The position numbers were made by a program, and so were the translations under genes. Positions 39,906-55,193 of a stretch of 56,619 bases of DNA are shown piece after piece. Each line of letters opens with the position of its first letter. Position 1 is the stretch's first letter. Source of the DNA: Priapulus caudatus. Taxonomy: Eukaryota. Under the pieces are notes generated by a model that was given only the letters and a program-made list of their open reading frames with translations, searched no databases and was not told the origin of the DNA. Location of the stretch: contig NW_014577083.1 in assembly GCF_000485595.1 (NCBI RefSeq), positions 676,875 through 733,493 on the forward strand, written 5' to 3'.

Positions 39906-42900
39906 TTAATGCGTGCGGGCGTATGCGTGTATGCGTGCGCGCGTGTGCATCTATGCGTGCGCGCGTGTACGTGCATGCGTGCACGTGAGTGCGTGTATGC
40001 ATGCGCGCACGCGAATGCGTGTACGTGCCTGCGTGGACGTGAGTGCACCGTGGATGGGTGCATGACAGTATGTACATGAGTATAATCCAAATCACGAGAT
40101 TCCTCTATATGCGTGTGCGAACGTTTACGTGCCGTGGCGCGCGGAAGACGCGAAAGTAATTATGTAACAGGTTTTATGAGCGGTCCCCGAGAGAAAAATG
40201 CGCACTTACATCTCCTTAAAGCGGAGATGTGCTGTAATTTAACTACATATCTGTGGGTTAGACGCAGGTAAGACAAATACTCCGTGTCATCAATGTGTGC
40301 ACTTGCACGCCGACTTGTTGAAAAGAGAAATATGCCCACTTCGCAAATATTGTCCTTTATATGCCCCGGTGAGAAATGAAAATATTTGCATGCGATCCTG
40401 CTGCTGCTCCTGCGAAGTGGGGCTGCGTTGCGATAATTGTAGCTGGAGTAGATGTATTTAGTTAGGTGGTTATATGGCTTATGTGCATGCACGTCGCGCT
40501 ATACTGCAATATGTGACACAATTTCTGTATGCTGTAACATCAGCTGTTATTCTCCGTCGTTTCTATCTCGTTATCGTCTATTGTTGCGGCTGCTCACATT
40601 CAAACGCTTAATTCCGTGCGTGCGCAATAAAGGCTTATTAATACACAATGTTTTGCATGCAGAACAACCAATTTTCGTCGTGCTGTCAAAAAAATACCCG
40701 ACGCCCGTGTGCCAAATTCGTGGATGACGCCATTCGTTGTATAGTTACGGCAGCTTGACGAGGGTCGTCACCTAAAACGCACAGACTGTGAAACCCGAAC
40801 TGTATATATAGCATCTCCTACATTGATCTGCTATGCGTTTGAAGACGACGAGAGCTGACAACGACACTTAAACTCAGTTATCCTAACAGTAATAGCTATA
40901 TATATATATATATATGCGTGCGCGCGTGTACTCTCTTTCTCTCACTCATATATTCTCGCGCGCTTTTTCGCGCTCTTTCTATTTTGAATTTCAATGTCTT
41001 TCTCTTCGTTTTAGTTATAACTGTACACTGCAAACTCCTGAGCCTCTACATAGCACAAGCATTTCTCTCAAAACAGCTGAATTTATGTGCCGTATGATAA
41101 TAAACTTACCAGATTGGGAGAGTTATCCGATACCTTGAGGAGCATACACCGCATGGCTATCCATCGTTCACCTGTAATAAGGTGGACATACGGACAAGTC
41201 GTTAACTATATGTCCATGTAGGAAGCATCCAGACCCGCACACACAAATACAGAGAGACATCGTCTCCCTCGGCGTGCAACTCGCTTACTAAAGCTCAGAA
41301 CGCGCCTGCATGCGCACATAGCTATACAAGCCGGCGCTGTATTGCCAACCTTTCTTCATCAGTATAAAGATGGTTTCACCATCTATTATATAATGCGATT
41401 GAGAGAAAACTGTCTCTTTGAATGGGCGAACAATACCAGAAGAAAGGCCTTTTTATTTGACCTGAATACATATTTCACGGACTTCTTACAAAGGTCTACA
41501 CAAACATGAAAGCTCTTTCCTTTGAGCGGTAATTACATTGAATTCGCAATCAATGCGTTTCAACGGCACTTTTATCCACAAGGTGCATGCACGCTACGCT
41601 TTCTATAACCCTCATATACATGCATCGACGCCAATAGCCTATTCAGGACATCAGAATGCTAGCTACAGTGTGTAAGATATATGGCAGACTGTATAGACGT
41701 GAATGATCGTCACACACACACAGGGAGCTAGGCCACTTCTACATTCATGCTCGCTCATGTATCGACGAATTGCCACAGATGTACCGTTGGTCTCTGTCAT
41801 CGCCAACGTCGCTAAATGATGTTTTTCTGAATATTAGCTCATGCGGAATTAAGATGAAGGACTACACAGACCCGCCTTGCAGTCACGCTCATTCTCGTTG
41901 AACGCGTTTGGCGGATTACTCGCTACTGATGCGTTCTTGTCACGCGAAAGTCAGCTCTGATATCAGACGATATGCCACATCGAAATCCAATAACACAGTA
42001 TCTAACTCGTGGAGTGACGTGTCTACCTCGCAAGTGTCCTCCGTTTGGGACATCGGGGTGCGAAAGTTGACAATGCGTTTGCCTGTCGTTGTATATTTAA
42101 TCCAATAATTTGTGCGTGGAATTTGAATTATAATATTAATAATTATTATATATATATATAGATATTCGATAAATTTATTTTAATATTGTCAAATGGCTGC
42201 CGAAAATAATCCGACCATTGCAACTGGTGGCCAAGAGACGTTATGTGTCATGAATAGAAAGTCCATTATTTCGCGATGGCAAATATTGCTCTGAGCGGTG
42301 TACCACCGCATAAAACTTTCTCATACAATGCGCCTAAATTTACGGCAAAATACGGTTTGAATTTAGTGTGAGGACAGTATATTAGATCTGCTGAAACGTC
42401 ACGATGGCGAAAAAATATATAGAATGTTCTAAAACGCTTATTTTTTCCTACATTTCAGGTATCTATCTAGATTGCCGATTAGCTATACGACACGATGAAA
42501 GGATGGGGATCACTAGGTGAATCTGGTAAGGTAGGTCCGCTTTAGTTGATTTTGTTGGTTAGTTCGGTTGTGTAATGTCTATATTTGACGGCTACACTTA
42601 GCTAAATGCATAGGAGGCCTAAATGCCCTAGCGTGCTAGAATTATTTTTTGTTGCCCTTGTGTGACATACCGCAAGCTGTAAAGATTTTTTTCAGCGAAA
42701 TCCCGGCGCGGAGTGGGTATGTGCTGTGTTTGTTTGTGTGGTGGTGGGGTGTGTGTGATGTGTGCGTGGGTGGCTGTGTGTGTGTGTGACTGTGTGGGGT
42801 CCGTGTGCGTGTATGTGTGTGCTCGCCTTGCTGTGTGTGTTTGTGGTCATGGCGCGGCGGTGTGTCGCGTCGCCCGTGCGTACGTTGTGGTGCGCTGCGT

Positions 42901-43086
42901 GCGTGGCGTGGTGTGTGTGCTGTGCGTGACCATGCTTGTGTCCGCTGCGCTGCGTAGCGGCGTGCTGTGCGTGGTGTGTGTTGCTGGTGTGTGCTGTGGT
43001 GTTCGTGTGTGTTGGTGGCTTGACGCGCGCGCCTGTCTGCGCAGTGCGCGTCGGCGTGTGTTTGAGTGGCTGTGATGTTGCTGCCG

Positions 43087-43126
<40 letters not shown>

Positions 43127-45155
43127 TTCGTGGGTGTGTGGTGTATGTGTGGGCGGAGGGTATGTGTGGTGTGGTGTGTGTGTGTGTGTGTTGTGTGCGG
43201 TCCTGTGTCGTGTGTGTGTGGGTCTGTGACCTGCAGAGAGAGCGCTGTGACACGGGGTTGTGTGCTGTGCTGTGTGTTGTTGGTATGTGTGCGTTGTGTG
43301 CTGTGTTGTGTGTGTTATGGTAGTGGTGTGGTCGTCGTGCCTGCGTGCGTTGCGTGCGTGTTGCTCGCTGCGTGGCTTGCGTGCATGCGTTCGTAGCGTT
43401 GTGGTGTGCGCTGCCGCGTTGCGTGCCGCGTGTTGTGTGTGTGTCGTGTGTGCTGTAGTGGTGTTGGTGCTGTGTGGCGACTGGTGTGATTATGCCATGC
43501 TGTGTGTACGTGTGCCGCTGGATTCACTTCGTTAGAAACATTCGCAGCCATGGTGGTTGCTAGTGAGAGCGCGTAAGAATTTTTCACACCATGTGTCAGC
43601 TATGCATATGACACGCTGAGCATATCTGATCCCGTCAGGGAGGCCTTGCAACACTTATTCCCACCTGTCCCACCCACTGCCACTCCATCAGGCAACTACC
43701 CGGGCAAGCAGTGACTCCGATGCTGCAATCTACTCCCGCGCCCACAGAGGCGAATTCTATGCCTGTCTCATTCTTATAGCTATGCCTGAGCCCGCCGAAT
43801 TTACTCTCCCACAGCGAGGCCAAAGCGGATTCCGCTGTCCATACAAATACAGAACGTGACTATAGACATCGGCTCTAGGAGCAGTCGTTAACGCGGCGCG
43901 GGCCACCACGGCGCCAAACGATCCAAGTTTCGACCTCTGCGTGTCAGTGTCCTTTAATATGATTTCCTTTCCTCCTTCCTCCCCATCCCTCCCATCAAAA
44001 CTCGATATCTCTTGAATACTAGCCAATGTGTCTCGTAGTTTTAACGCCGCCTAACCTACGTAGCGAGAATATGGAAAACGTTCAGAGCCGCATCAGGCAA
44101 TGAATTAGGGAAAGACATACTGAAACGAAAGTACGCCATACTTTGCTTGATGGTGCGACGTGAAACTGAAACACTGGGCCGCGAAGTCCATTAAATATGA
44201 ATTCCTTTAGTATTTTAATGCCTTAAACTAACACTGCAATGTTTGGAGGTGCGTTGTGTGTTCAATGACGACGCATGTTTCGTTGAACTGCTGGCGTCTG
44301 AATTAGCAATAATTCCATTGTGAGACTTATTAATCATGCAAAATGTATGAAACGCGCATTATATCCGCCTCCTTCTCCCACCCCTTCCTCACTCCCCTTA
44401 ACGCCTCTCTCCTCAGCTCTCTCTCTTCTCTCTGCTCTGCTTTCTCTCTCTCCTCGTCCGCACGCTCTCTCTCTCTCTCCTTCTCGCTCTCCTCTCTCTC
44501 TCTCGCACGCTCTCTCTCTGCTCTCTCTCTCATCTCTCTGTCTCGCGCTCTCTCGCCTATAGGCTCTCTCAGTCTCTCTCTCTCTCTCTCTCTCTCTCCT
44601 CTCTCTCTTCTCTATCATCTTCTCCCCTCGCTATCTATCTCCCCCTCACGAATTGCTCGATGTCGTTATACTTAAATTAACCGTCATTTGTATTAATAGA
44701 CGGCATGATCCTGAGTATACATGTTATTATAACAGACCGTATTCGCTGGCTGTTCATTAAATGAGAAGCTTCTTCTCGCACCTTCCCCGCCCTCCCATGC
44801 TGTATCCCTCGCGTCTCTCCTCTCTTTTTCTGCTTTCTCTCTCTCATCATCTCGCTCTCTCTATTTCTCTCTCTCTGCTCTCTCTTCTCGTCTCTCTCGT
44901 CTCTCTCTCTGTCGCGTGCGTCGCATCGTGCGTGAAGGCGGTGGCACACGTGGTGCGTGCTTCCGCTGCGTGCCTTGAGCGAGACGTGCGTGCTGTGTGC
45001 GTGGTCGCTGCGTGTGGTGTGTGTGATGTGTTTTGTGTCATTATTTTATTTCTCTTTGCTGCGCCTTTCTATATTATTTCTCACTCTCGTTCAGATGTGG
45101 TCGATCACTCCCTTCGTTCGTAGCGCCCTCTGCTTTTCTACCTATCTCTCTCTCT

Positions 45156-45188
<33 letters not shown>

Positions 45189-47231
45189 GTCTCTCTCCTC
45201 TCTCTCTCTCCGCTTAATTCGATCGCTTAACTATATATATATATATATTATATATATTATAATATATATATATACATATGGTATTATAATAGCCTATACA
45301 ATATGGAGTAGGGGTACTTTTGCACGGTGGTGGAGAGGTCGATATTTCGAAACCTGCCTATTGTAGTTCTCGGATCTTGTTGTACTGTGATTCGCGATTA
45401 TCGGTGTCCATCCGACCATGAGATGACACTTTGTGCACTGTAATGTGGAGCGCTAGAGTGATTTTCACTAGTGTAGGTCGAAGGATTATTATTACGAGCT
45501 GCCCCCTCGCCGTCGTAAGAACAGAGCCTTCATTACGATCGCATCAGCCTCCATTCAGCGCGAATTAAGATTTTCTGTACGTCTGATTTGTTTCTGCCTC
45601 ATCTTAGTTTCCCAATGTGGCGATAGACGCAAGGATAAGAGCAGCGTTGTTTCGTACTGAGAGCTCATTCACAATTAATCATAGATGCCGCGGGATTTCG
45701 CGGATGTGGTGCGCGAATTTATTTTCAGCGGTTCAGATATACGGTTGTTATTGCGAATTCGCTGTGAGTTGCAAACTACTCCACAAAAACTACATTGCCG
45801 CCCGCGTCGGCACTTATAATAACCCGCGCGCGTGTTCGTGTATGCGCAGACTGTTCGTGTATGCGTGTGCGTGTATGCGTGGTGCGTTAGTGTGCGTGCA
45901 GCTGCTGTCGTGCGTGGTCAATGCAGTGCGTGCGTGTACGCGTCGCGCGCGTTCGATGTATGCGTGCGCGCATGTGGTGTATGCCGTGTCGCGTTGTGCG
46001 TGCTCGCGGCGTGTGGCGTGTAATTGCAGTGCGTGGGCTGTACGCGCGTTGCGCGCGTGATTCGTGTATGCGTGAGGAGCGCATCGTGCGTGTCATGCCG
46101 TGTGCACGCGTCGTGCAATGTATACGGCGTGCCGCGCGTGTTCGTAGTTATGCCGTGGGCGTATGCGTGGTATGCGTCGCGCCGCCGTGTGATCTAGTGC
46201 GGTGTCGCGCGGTGTACGTGCCCATTTTTTTTTTGCCGTGTAACGTAGAGTGCGGCTGTGTATGCATTGCGCCGCACGCGATGCGTGTGATGCCTGCGTG
46301 GACGTCGAGTGCACCCATGTGGCATGGGTGCATGACGTATGTACTATGAGTATGAATCCAAACAACACGAGATTCCTCTATATGCGTGTCGCGAACGCTT
46401 ATTACGGGCCGTGGGCGCGCGGAAGACGCGAAAGTAAGATAGTAACAGGTTTATGAGGCGGTGCCCGAGAGAAAAATGCGCACTACATCTCCTTAAAGCG
46501 GAGATGTGCCTGTAATTTAACTAATATCTCTTGGGTTAGACGCACGGTAAGACAAATTAATCACGTGTTCAATGTGCTGCACTTGCACGCCGAATATAGA
46601 TATAGGAAAAGACGCAATATGCCCAAGGTCGAACATATTGTCCTTGATATGCCCGCGTGAGAAATGAACAATTTTGCATTGCGATCCTGCATGCTGCTCC
46701 TGCGAAGTGAAGGGCTGCGTTGCGCATAAATTGGTAGTCTGGAGTAGATGTTATTTACGTTAGTGTTATATGGCTTATGTGCATGACACGTCGCGCTATC
46801 TGCAATTGTGACAGAATGTCTGTATGCCCTGTAACATCAAGCTATGTTTCTTCCAGTCGTTTCGATCGTGATTATCGTCTATTGTTGCGCTGCTCGATTC
46901 CAAACGCTTAGTTCCCTGCGTGCGGCAATAAAGGCTTATTAATACACAATGTTTGCATGCAGCAACAACCAATTTTTCGTCGTGCCTGTCAAAAAAATAC
47001 CCGACGCCGTGCTGACCAAGCATTTCGTGGATGACGCAGATTCGGTGTATAGTTAACGGGCACCAGCTCTCGCGTACCGCGCGCTCGTCCACTCACACGC
47101 CAGGCACTGTGAAAACCCGAAACTGTATAGTTAGGCATACTCCACATTTGATCTGCTATGCGTTGCAGACGACGAGAGCTGACAACGACACTTACCAGTT
47201 TCGCCTAACAGTAAGACTATATTATATACTG

Positions 47232-47263
<32 letters not shown>

Positions 47264-47464
47264 TATGCATCGGCGCGCGTGTGTGCCGTGCTGTGTGTGT
47301 GTGTGCGTGCTGTGCGTGCGTGCGTGGTACGGTGCGCGCGTGTGTGTGTGGTGTGCTGTGTATGTGTGTGTGTGTGTGCGTGGGCTGAGTGTGGGCGCTT
47401 GCGCGCTGCCGGTGTGTGTGCGTGTGTGCGTGCTTGCGTGTGTTGCGTGACCGTAATTATATAC

Positions 47465-47496
<32 letters not shown>

Positions 47497-47994
47497 ATTA
47501 TATCGATGAAGGTTCGAGCAGATAAGTTGGCACGTTGAATGATATTAACCGGCTGATGGGGCCAGCGACGCCGTGACACCAACTAGCCGACGTCAGCGCA
47601 TTCGCCAGTGCTGATGTTCGCCAGACGCTGCCGCATGTCACGAGTGTTCTTTGTTCTACGGGCCGCTGTGTTATGTGCGCGTAAACCAATATCGACACGA
47701 ACGTCGGTCGAATATATGCCGCGCTGAAAAACATGCTCGCCTACAAAATCCACAATGCGGCGCGCGATCTCACGCGCAACATCATTAATATCGTGGAACG
47801 GTAAACCATTCCGTCCGTTCCTACCGACCGTCGAACACCGCGTGTACGTAAGGGTCGCCTCGCGTCCAGCACGTCGGTCATTGTAAACACCACGATTGCA
47901 AGCAGCCATCGATATAGTTTTTCGTTGGCGTTAATGTTTTTTATATGAATTGCTATACGGGCCGCATTTAAAATGGCAAATTTATTGTGACGGA

Positions 47995-48352
47995 AGATGA
48001 GAGACAGAGTGAGAGAGATGATTAGATAAGAGCAGAGGAGAAGAGAGGGAAGAGAAAGAGATGAGAGGTGAGAAATAGAGAGAGGGAGGATGAGTGGAGA
48101 GAGAGAGAGCAGAGAATGAGAAAGGAAGATCACGCTCACACAACACACAGCACACTACACAACACAACAACACACCACACACACACACAACACACAGCAC
48201 ATATTATATTATATATATACGCGCGCACACGAACACCGCTCACACCATACAAACTACACACACACGCACGCCACGGCGACGCACACGCACGCACGGCACC
48301 GCGCACACACACACAACACACACACACCACGACACACACACACACACACATA

Positions 48353-48393
<41 letters not shown>

Positions 48394-48502
48394 ACACACA
48401 CACACGACCCACACATAATGCGCGCGGCGCACACACAACACACACACACACACACACACATATGCGCCGCGCACAAACTCACCCCGCACACATACAAACA
48501 CA

Positions 48503-48546
<44 letters not shown>

Positions 48547-49375
48547 CACACACACGCCCACGCACCACGCAATTTCACACACACACACACACACATACAC
48601 ACACACCACACGCAACACACGCACACACACACACGCGCACAACATACACACACACACACACACACAACATCACACAGCACCCAACATATGCGTCGCGGCG
48701 CACACACACACGCACCACAGCAACAAACTACACGCACGCACGCACGCTACGGCGCGCACACACGACACACACCACACGCACGCACGCACACAGCGCCACT
48801 ATACACACACACACACACTACGGACACACACGCACACCACACACAACACTCACACACACACACATATTCGCTGCGCGCCACACAACACACGCCCACACAT
48901 ACAAACACACGCACGCACGCACGCACACACAGCACACACAACGCTAACGCACGCACCACACACACACACACATACACACATACACACGCCCACACACGCA
49001 GCACACCACACACGCGCACACAACACACACGCACACCACACACACACACACACGACACCACACCACAGCACACCACACACACACATACACGATGTGACAC
49101 ATTGTATTACGGCCGCATTTTAAATGCAAATGTTTCTGGAGGAGAGAGAAAGAGGAGACGAGAGAGAGAGGAGAGAGAGGGGAGAGAGAGAAGGGAAGGA
49201 GAGAGAGAGGAGAGAGAGGGGGGACGGAGATGAAGGAAAGAGAGAGAGCCGAGAGAGAAGAGAAAGCGAGAATAGAGAGGGAGACACACGCGCTCGGGGC
49301 GCGGGGCCCCACAGCAACCACGACANNNNNNNNNNNNNNNNNNNNNNNNNTCGCATTGTACCACACACACACACA

Positions 49376-49416
<41 letters not shown>

Positions 49417-49985
49417 ACACACAACACACACACAACACACACTCACACACACACACACACACACACAGCACACACACACACACACACACACAACACACCA
49501 CACACAACCACAACAACACACAAAACACACACACACACCACCACCACACACAAACCACACACCAACCACCCACAAAAAAAAAAACACACACACACACACA
49601 CACACACCACACACACACACACACAAACACACACTTCACTGTCACCGACCTATTGCACTTAACGCGTGCACTGGAGCGGTATTTACCTATATAATATATA
49701 ATATATTAATATATAATTATATATTAATATAATATATAATATATAATATATAATATATCAATATATATATATAATATATAATATATAATATATATATTAT
49801 ATATATATATAATAATATAATATTAATATATAATATTATAATATTATATTATAACTATATAATATATAATTATATAATATATAATATATAATATATAATA
49901 TATAATATATAATATATATATTATATATAATATATAATATAATATATAATATATTAATATATAATGATATATATATATATATATA
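47995..49985. repeat. Degenerate (GA)n, (CA)n and (TA)n tracts around the gap at 49326-49350
   Basis: Direct observation; low-complexity and indel-rich. Confidence 0.88.
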
Positions 49986-50721
49986 TTCATAGTTATATTA
50001 ATATTTGTCAAACGGCTGCGAAATACTCCGCATTGCAACTGGTGCACAGGACTTTATGTGTCATGAATGAAATCCATTATTGCGTATGGGAAAATATTGC
50101 TCGCTTGAGCGGTGCTACCACCCAGCATAAACACTTTCTCATTACAAATGACCGCCTAAATACGCAAAATACCGGTTTGAATTTTAGTGTGAGAGGACCA
50201 GTATATTCAGATCTGCTGAAAACGTCACGATTCGGCCGCAAAAATTATAGAGAATGTTCTAAACGCTTATTTTTTCTACATTTCAGGCGTATCGCTATTA
50301 GATTGCGATTAGCTATTACGAACACGATGAAATGGGGATCAGCTGAATGCTTAAGGTAGGTCGCTTTAGTTGATTTTGGCTTGTTAGGTTCGGTTGTTGT
50401 ATGTTTATTTGGGTAACTTAGTAACAAATGTATAGGGAGCCTATGCTAGCGTGAGGGATATTATTTTTGTTTGCCTTGTGTGACATACCGAAGTGTAAGT
50501 CAGCGGTGTGTATGTGTGTGTTTGTTTTGTGTGTGTGTGTGTGCGTGTGTGTGTGTGTGTGTGTGTGGTGTGTGTGGTGTTACGTGTATTGTATGTTGTG
50601 TGTGTGAGGTGTGTGTGTGTGCTGTGTGTGTGTTTGGTGTGTGTGTGGTGTGTGTGTCTGAGTGGTGTGTGTTGTGAGTGTGTGTTGTCGTGGGGGGGGT
50701 ATGTATAGTGTTGTGTGTGTG

Positions 50722-50775
<54 letters not shown>

Positions 50776-52071
50776 TAAGTCGTGGCTGTTGTGTGTGTTG
50801 TATATGTCGGTGTTGTTGTGCGTGGCGTGCCGTAGCGTGCGTGCGTCGCTCGTGCGTGGCTTTGCTGTGGCTGCGTGCTGTGTCGTGCGTTGCGCTTCAT
50901 GCGTTTCGTGCCGTTGCCGCGTGCGTGCGTGCGTGTGGTGTGTGTGTGTGTGTGTGTGTGATGCGTGTGTGTGTGTGTTTATGCATGTGTGTGTACGTGT
51001 TGCGCTGCTTCACTTGTGTAGAAACAATAGCAGCCTATGGCTGGTTGCTATACTGAGAGTCGAAGATTTTTCACACCTGTGTCAGCTTGCATAAGACACG
51101 CTGGGGCATTATCTATCCCGTCAGGAGTGAGCTTGAACACTACTCACCACTGTCCCACCCTGCACTGATCAGCGACTATCCAGCAGTGCTCGATGTGCAT
51201 CTACCCCGGGCCACCACAGATGCGAATTTCTATCGTCCTGTTCATTCTTATCTCGTAGGCCCGCGCGCGAATTTCTTCCACAAGCGAGGCCAAAGGCGGA
51301 TTCCGTGTCCATACAAATACCGGACGTGCTATAGAACATGGGCGTTAGGAGCAATCGTTACGCGGCAGCGGGGCGGCACACGGCAAACGTTCCAGTTTGT
51401 CGCTCTGCGTGTCATGTCCTATATTGATTTCCTGTCTTTCTCCCCATCCCCTCCATCAAAAACTCGTATCTCTCTGATATAGCCATGCTCCGAGTTTTAA
51501 CGCCGCTAAACTCGTACGCGAGAATAGGAAAACGTTCAGGCGATCAGGCAATGAATAGGAAAGACATACTGAAACGAAAGCTAGCCAATTTACTTGCATT
51601 GATTGTGGCACCGGTGAAACTCGAACACTGGCGCGAGCATTAAATATTTTGAATCCTTTAGTAATTTTTATATGGCCTTAAACAAACACCTGCCAATGTT
51701 TGAGGTGCGTGTGTGTTAATGCACGGACATGTTTCTGTGAATTGCTGCGCGTCTGAGAATTAGAAATCATGAGACTTCATATCATGCAAAATGTATTGAA
51801 AAGCGTTATCATCCCCTCTCATTCACTTACGCTTTCACTCTCCCATCTCTCATCTCTCTCACTCTCTCCTTCTTCGACGCTCCCTCCTCTCTGCTCTCTC
51901 TCTAGCTCTCTCTCTTCCTCTCTCTCTCTCTCTCTCTCTACCCTCTCTCTCGCTCTTCTCTCTCTTCTCTTGCGCTCTCTCTCTCTCTATCTCACCGGCT
52001 CTCTCTCTCTTCTCTCATCTCTCTCTTCAACGCTCTCTTCTCTCTGCTTACTCTCTCTCTAGCTCTAATGC

Positions 52072-52109
<38 letters not shown>

Positions 52110-52556
52110 ATCCTTCTCCCCTCGTATCTATCTCCCCCTCCACGATGCTCGGATGTCGAATATTAAATAACCGTCATGTAATAAAGACGGCATGCATCCG
52201 ATATACATGTTATTTACAACCGTATCGCTGCCTGATTAAATTGAAGAAGCGTCCTCTCTCGCACCTCCCCCCCCCCCTGCTGTATCCTCGTCTCTCCGTC
52301 TCTTTTTCTCTTCTCTACTCTCTCTCTCGCTCTCTCTTTCTCTCTCTCTCTTCTCTCTCTCTCTCTCTCTCTTGTGCGTTGCCGTGCGTGCGTGCGTGCG
52401 GCTAGGGTGCGTGCGTGCGTGCGTGCGTGTGCTGTGCTGTGTTGTGTGTTTGTGTCATTATTTATTTCTCTTTGCTGCGCCTTTTCTATTTATTTTCTCA
52501 CTCGTACGCGTTCAGATGTGTCTGATCACTCCCTCGTTCTAGCGCTCCTTTTCTAC

Positions 52557-52598
<42 letters not shown>

Positions 52599-55147
52599 CT
52601 CTCTCTCTTTCTCTCTCATTTTCTCTCTCGCCTCTCTCGCTTAATTCATCGCTTAATATAGTATATATTATACTATATATTATATATTATCATATATATA
52701 TATAGCCTTACAATATGGAGTAGGGGTACTTTGGGTGGTGGAGAGGCTGTGATATTTCGAAACTTGCTATTGTAGTTCTCGGATCTTGTTGTCACTGATG
52801 ATTCCCGCATGGTGTCCATCCCGACCATGAGATGCACTGTTTGTGCACTGTAAGTGTGAGCGTAGAGTGATTTCACTATGTAGCTGAAAGGAGTATTATA
52901 CGAGCTGCCCCTCGCCGTCGTAAGAAACAAGAGCCTTCATTTACGATCGAATACAGCTCATTCAGCCGCGAATTAGATTTTCTAGTCTGATATTGTTTCT
53001 CCTCATCTCTATCGCTTATGTTTCCCAAGTGGAAGACCAGCAGGAATAACAGCAGCGGTGTTTCGTACTGAAGCGTCCTCACAAATATAATCAAGATGCG
53101 TGGATTTCGCGGATGTGTGCGCGAATTATTTCAGGCGGTTCAATATACGGTTGTGTGTGACGAATCTCTGTGAGTCCAAACTACATTGCGCCCGGCTGTC
53201 CGGCACTTATAATGACCCACGGCGCCGCGTGTTCGTTGTATGCCGTGTGCGTGTATGCGTGTGCGCGGTTGTGCGTGTATGCGTGCCCGTGCGTGTACGC
53301 CGGTGCGCGCGTTGTTCGTGTATGCGTCGGGCATGTTGGTGTCTGTGCGTGCGCGCGGTTGCTGCATGCTACGCGTAGCACGTGAGTGCGTTGCTATGCA
53401 TGCGCGCACCGCGAATAGCGTGTAAGTTGCCTGTGCGTGGCACGTGAGTGCCACCGTGGATGGGGTGCTGACAGTATGTCACATTGAGTATAATCCACGA
53501 AACACACGAGATTCCTTCTATATGCGTGTGCGAACGTTGGACGTGCCGTTGTGGCGCGCGGAAGACGCAGAAAAGTTAATTATGCTAACAGGTTTTTATG
53601 AGCGGTCCCCGAGGAGAAAAATGCGCACTTACATCTCTTTAAAGCCGAGAAGTGTGCTGTAATTTACTACATATCTCGTGGGTTAGACGCAGGGTAGCAA
53701 AATACTCCGTGTCATCAGTCGTGCATGCACTTGGCACGCCGACTTGTTTGAAAGAGAATATGCCCACTTCGCAATATATTGTCCTTTATATGCCGCCCGT
53801 GAGAAATGAAATATTTGCTATGCGATCCTGCTGCGCTGCTCCTGCGAAGTGAGGCCGTGCGTTTGGCGATATTGTAGCCTGAGTAGATGTATTTGTTTAG
53901 TGGTATATGCCTTTATGTGCATGCACGTCGCGTATCTGCAATATGTGATCACAAGTTTCATGGTATGCTTGTAACATTCAGCTGCTTATTTCCGTCGTTT
54001 CTATCTCGTTATTCGATTCTATTGTTGGCTGTCACATCAACGCCCTTAATTCCGTTCGCGGTGGCGCAATAAAGGCTTTATTGATACACAAATGTTTTGC
54101 CATGCAGAACAACCAATTTTCGTCGTGCTGTTCAAAATACCCGCGCCGTGCTGCCAAAATTTCGTGTGTGATTAACGCCATTTCGTTGGCTTATTCAGTT
54201 ACGGCAGCTTGACGAGAAGGCTGCGTCACCTAAAACGCGCGACTGTTGAAACCCGAACTGTATATATAGCATCTCCTACATTGTCTGCTTATGCGTTTGA
54301 AGGACGACGAGAGCTGACAACGACACTTAACTCAGTTATCCTAACAGTAATAGCTATATATATATATATATATATATAGTATATTATATATAATGCGTTG
54401 CGCGCGGCTGTTGCGTTATGTGTGTGTGCGTGTGTGCGGTGGTGTGCTTGTACGTGCGTGCGTGCGGTGATGGACCGTAGTGCGTGCAGTGTGCGTGTGC
54501 GTGTGTTTGTGTGTGTGTGTGGCTAGTGTGTTGCTGTGATGTGTGTGGTGCGTGCGTTAGCGTTGCGTGCCTGCGTGTGTGCGTGCGCGCGACCCGCGTG
54601 GTGTGGTGGTGTGTGTGGTGTGTGTTGTGTGTGTGTGTGTGCTGTGTGTGTGTGTGTGCTGTGTGTGTGCATGCCGTGCTTTGGGTACCGGTTGTGCGTG
54701 GTTATATATGCTTACTATATATATATTATATTATATTATATATTATATCGAGTATACGGGCGACCGAGTATAAGTGGCACCGTGAATGATATTACACCGG
54801 CGATTGGGCAGCCGACGCCGTCGTGACACCAACTAGCCACGATCGCCATCGCCAGTGCTGATGTCGCCAAGCGCTGCCGCGTCACGAGTTTCATTTGTTT
54901 CTACGGGCGCTGTTAGTGCGCGTAAGACGAATTATCGACACGAACGTCACGGAAATTATATCGCGCGCTGAAACAATGCTCGCCTAAAAATCACACAAAT
55001 TGGCGCGCGATCTCACGCGCAACCAATTATATCCGTGCGACGGTAAACCATCCTGCTCCGGTTCTACCGCCGTACGAACACCCCGCCGTGTAGTAGGTCG
55101 CTCGATCCAGCACGTCGTCATTTGTAAACACCACGATGCAGCACGCG

Positions 55148-55193
<46 letters not shown>

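Noticed and set aside
49651..49660. TATTGCACTT matching the 5' end of miR-92
   Set aside because: Only 10 nt match, there is no hairpin, and the duplicate copy near 35418 reads differently.
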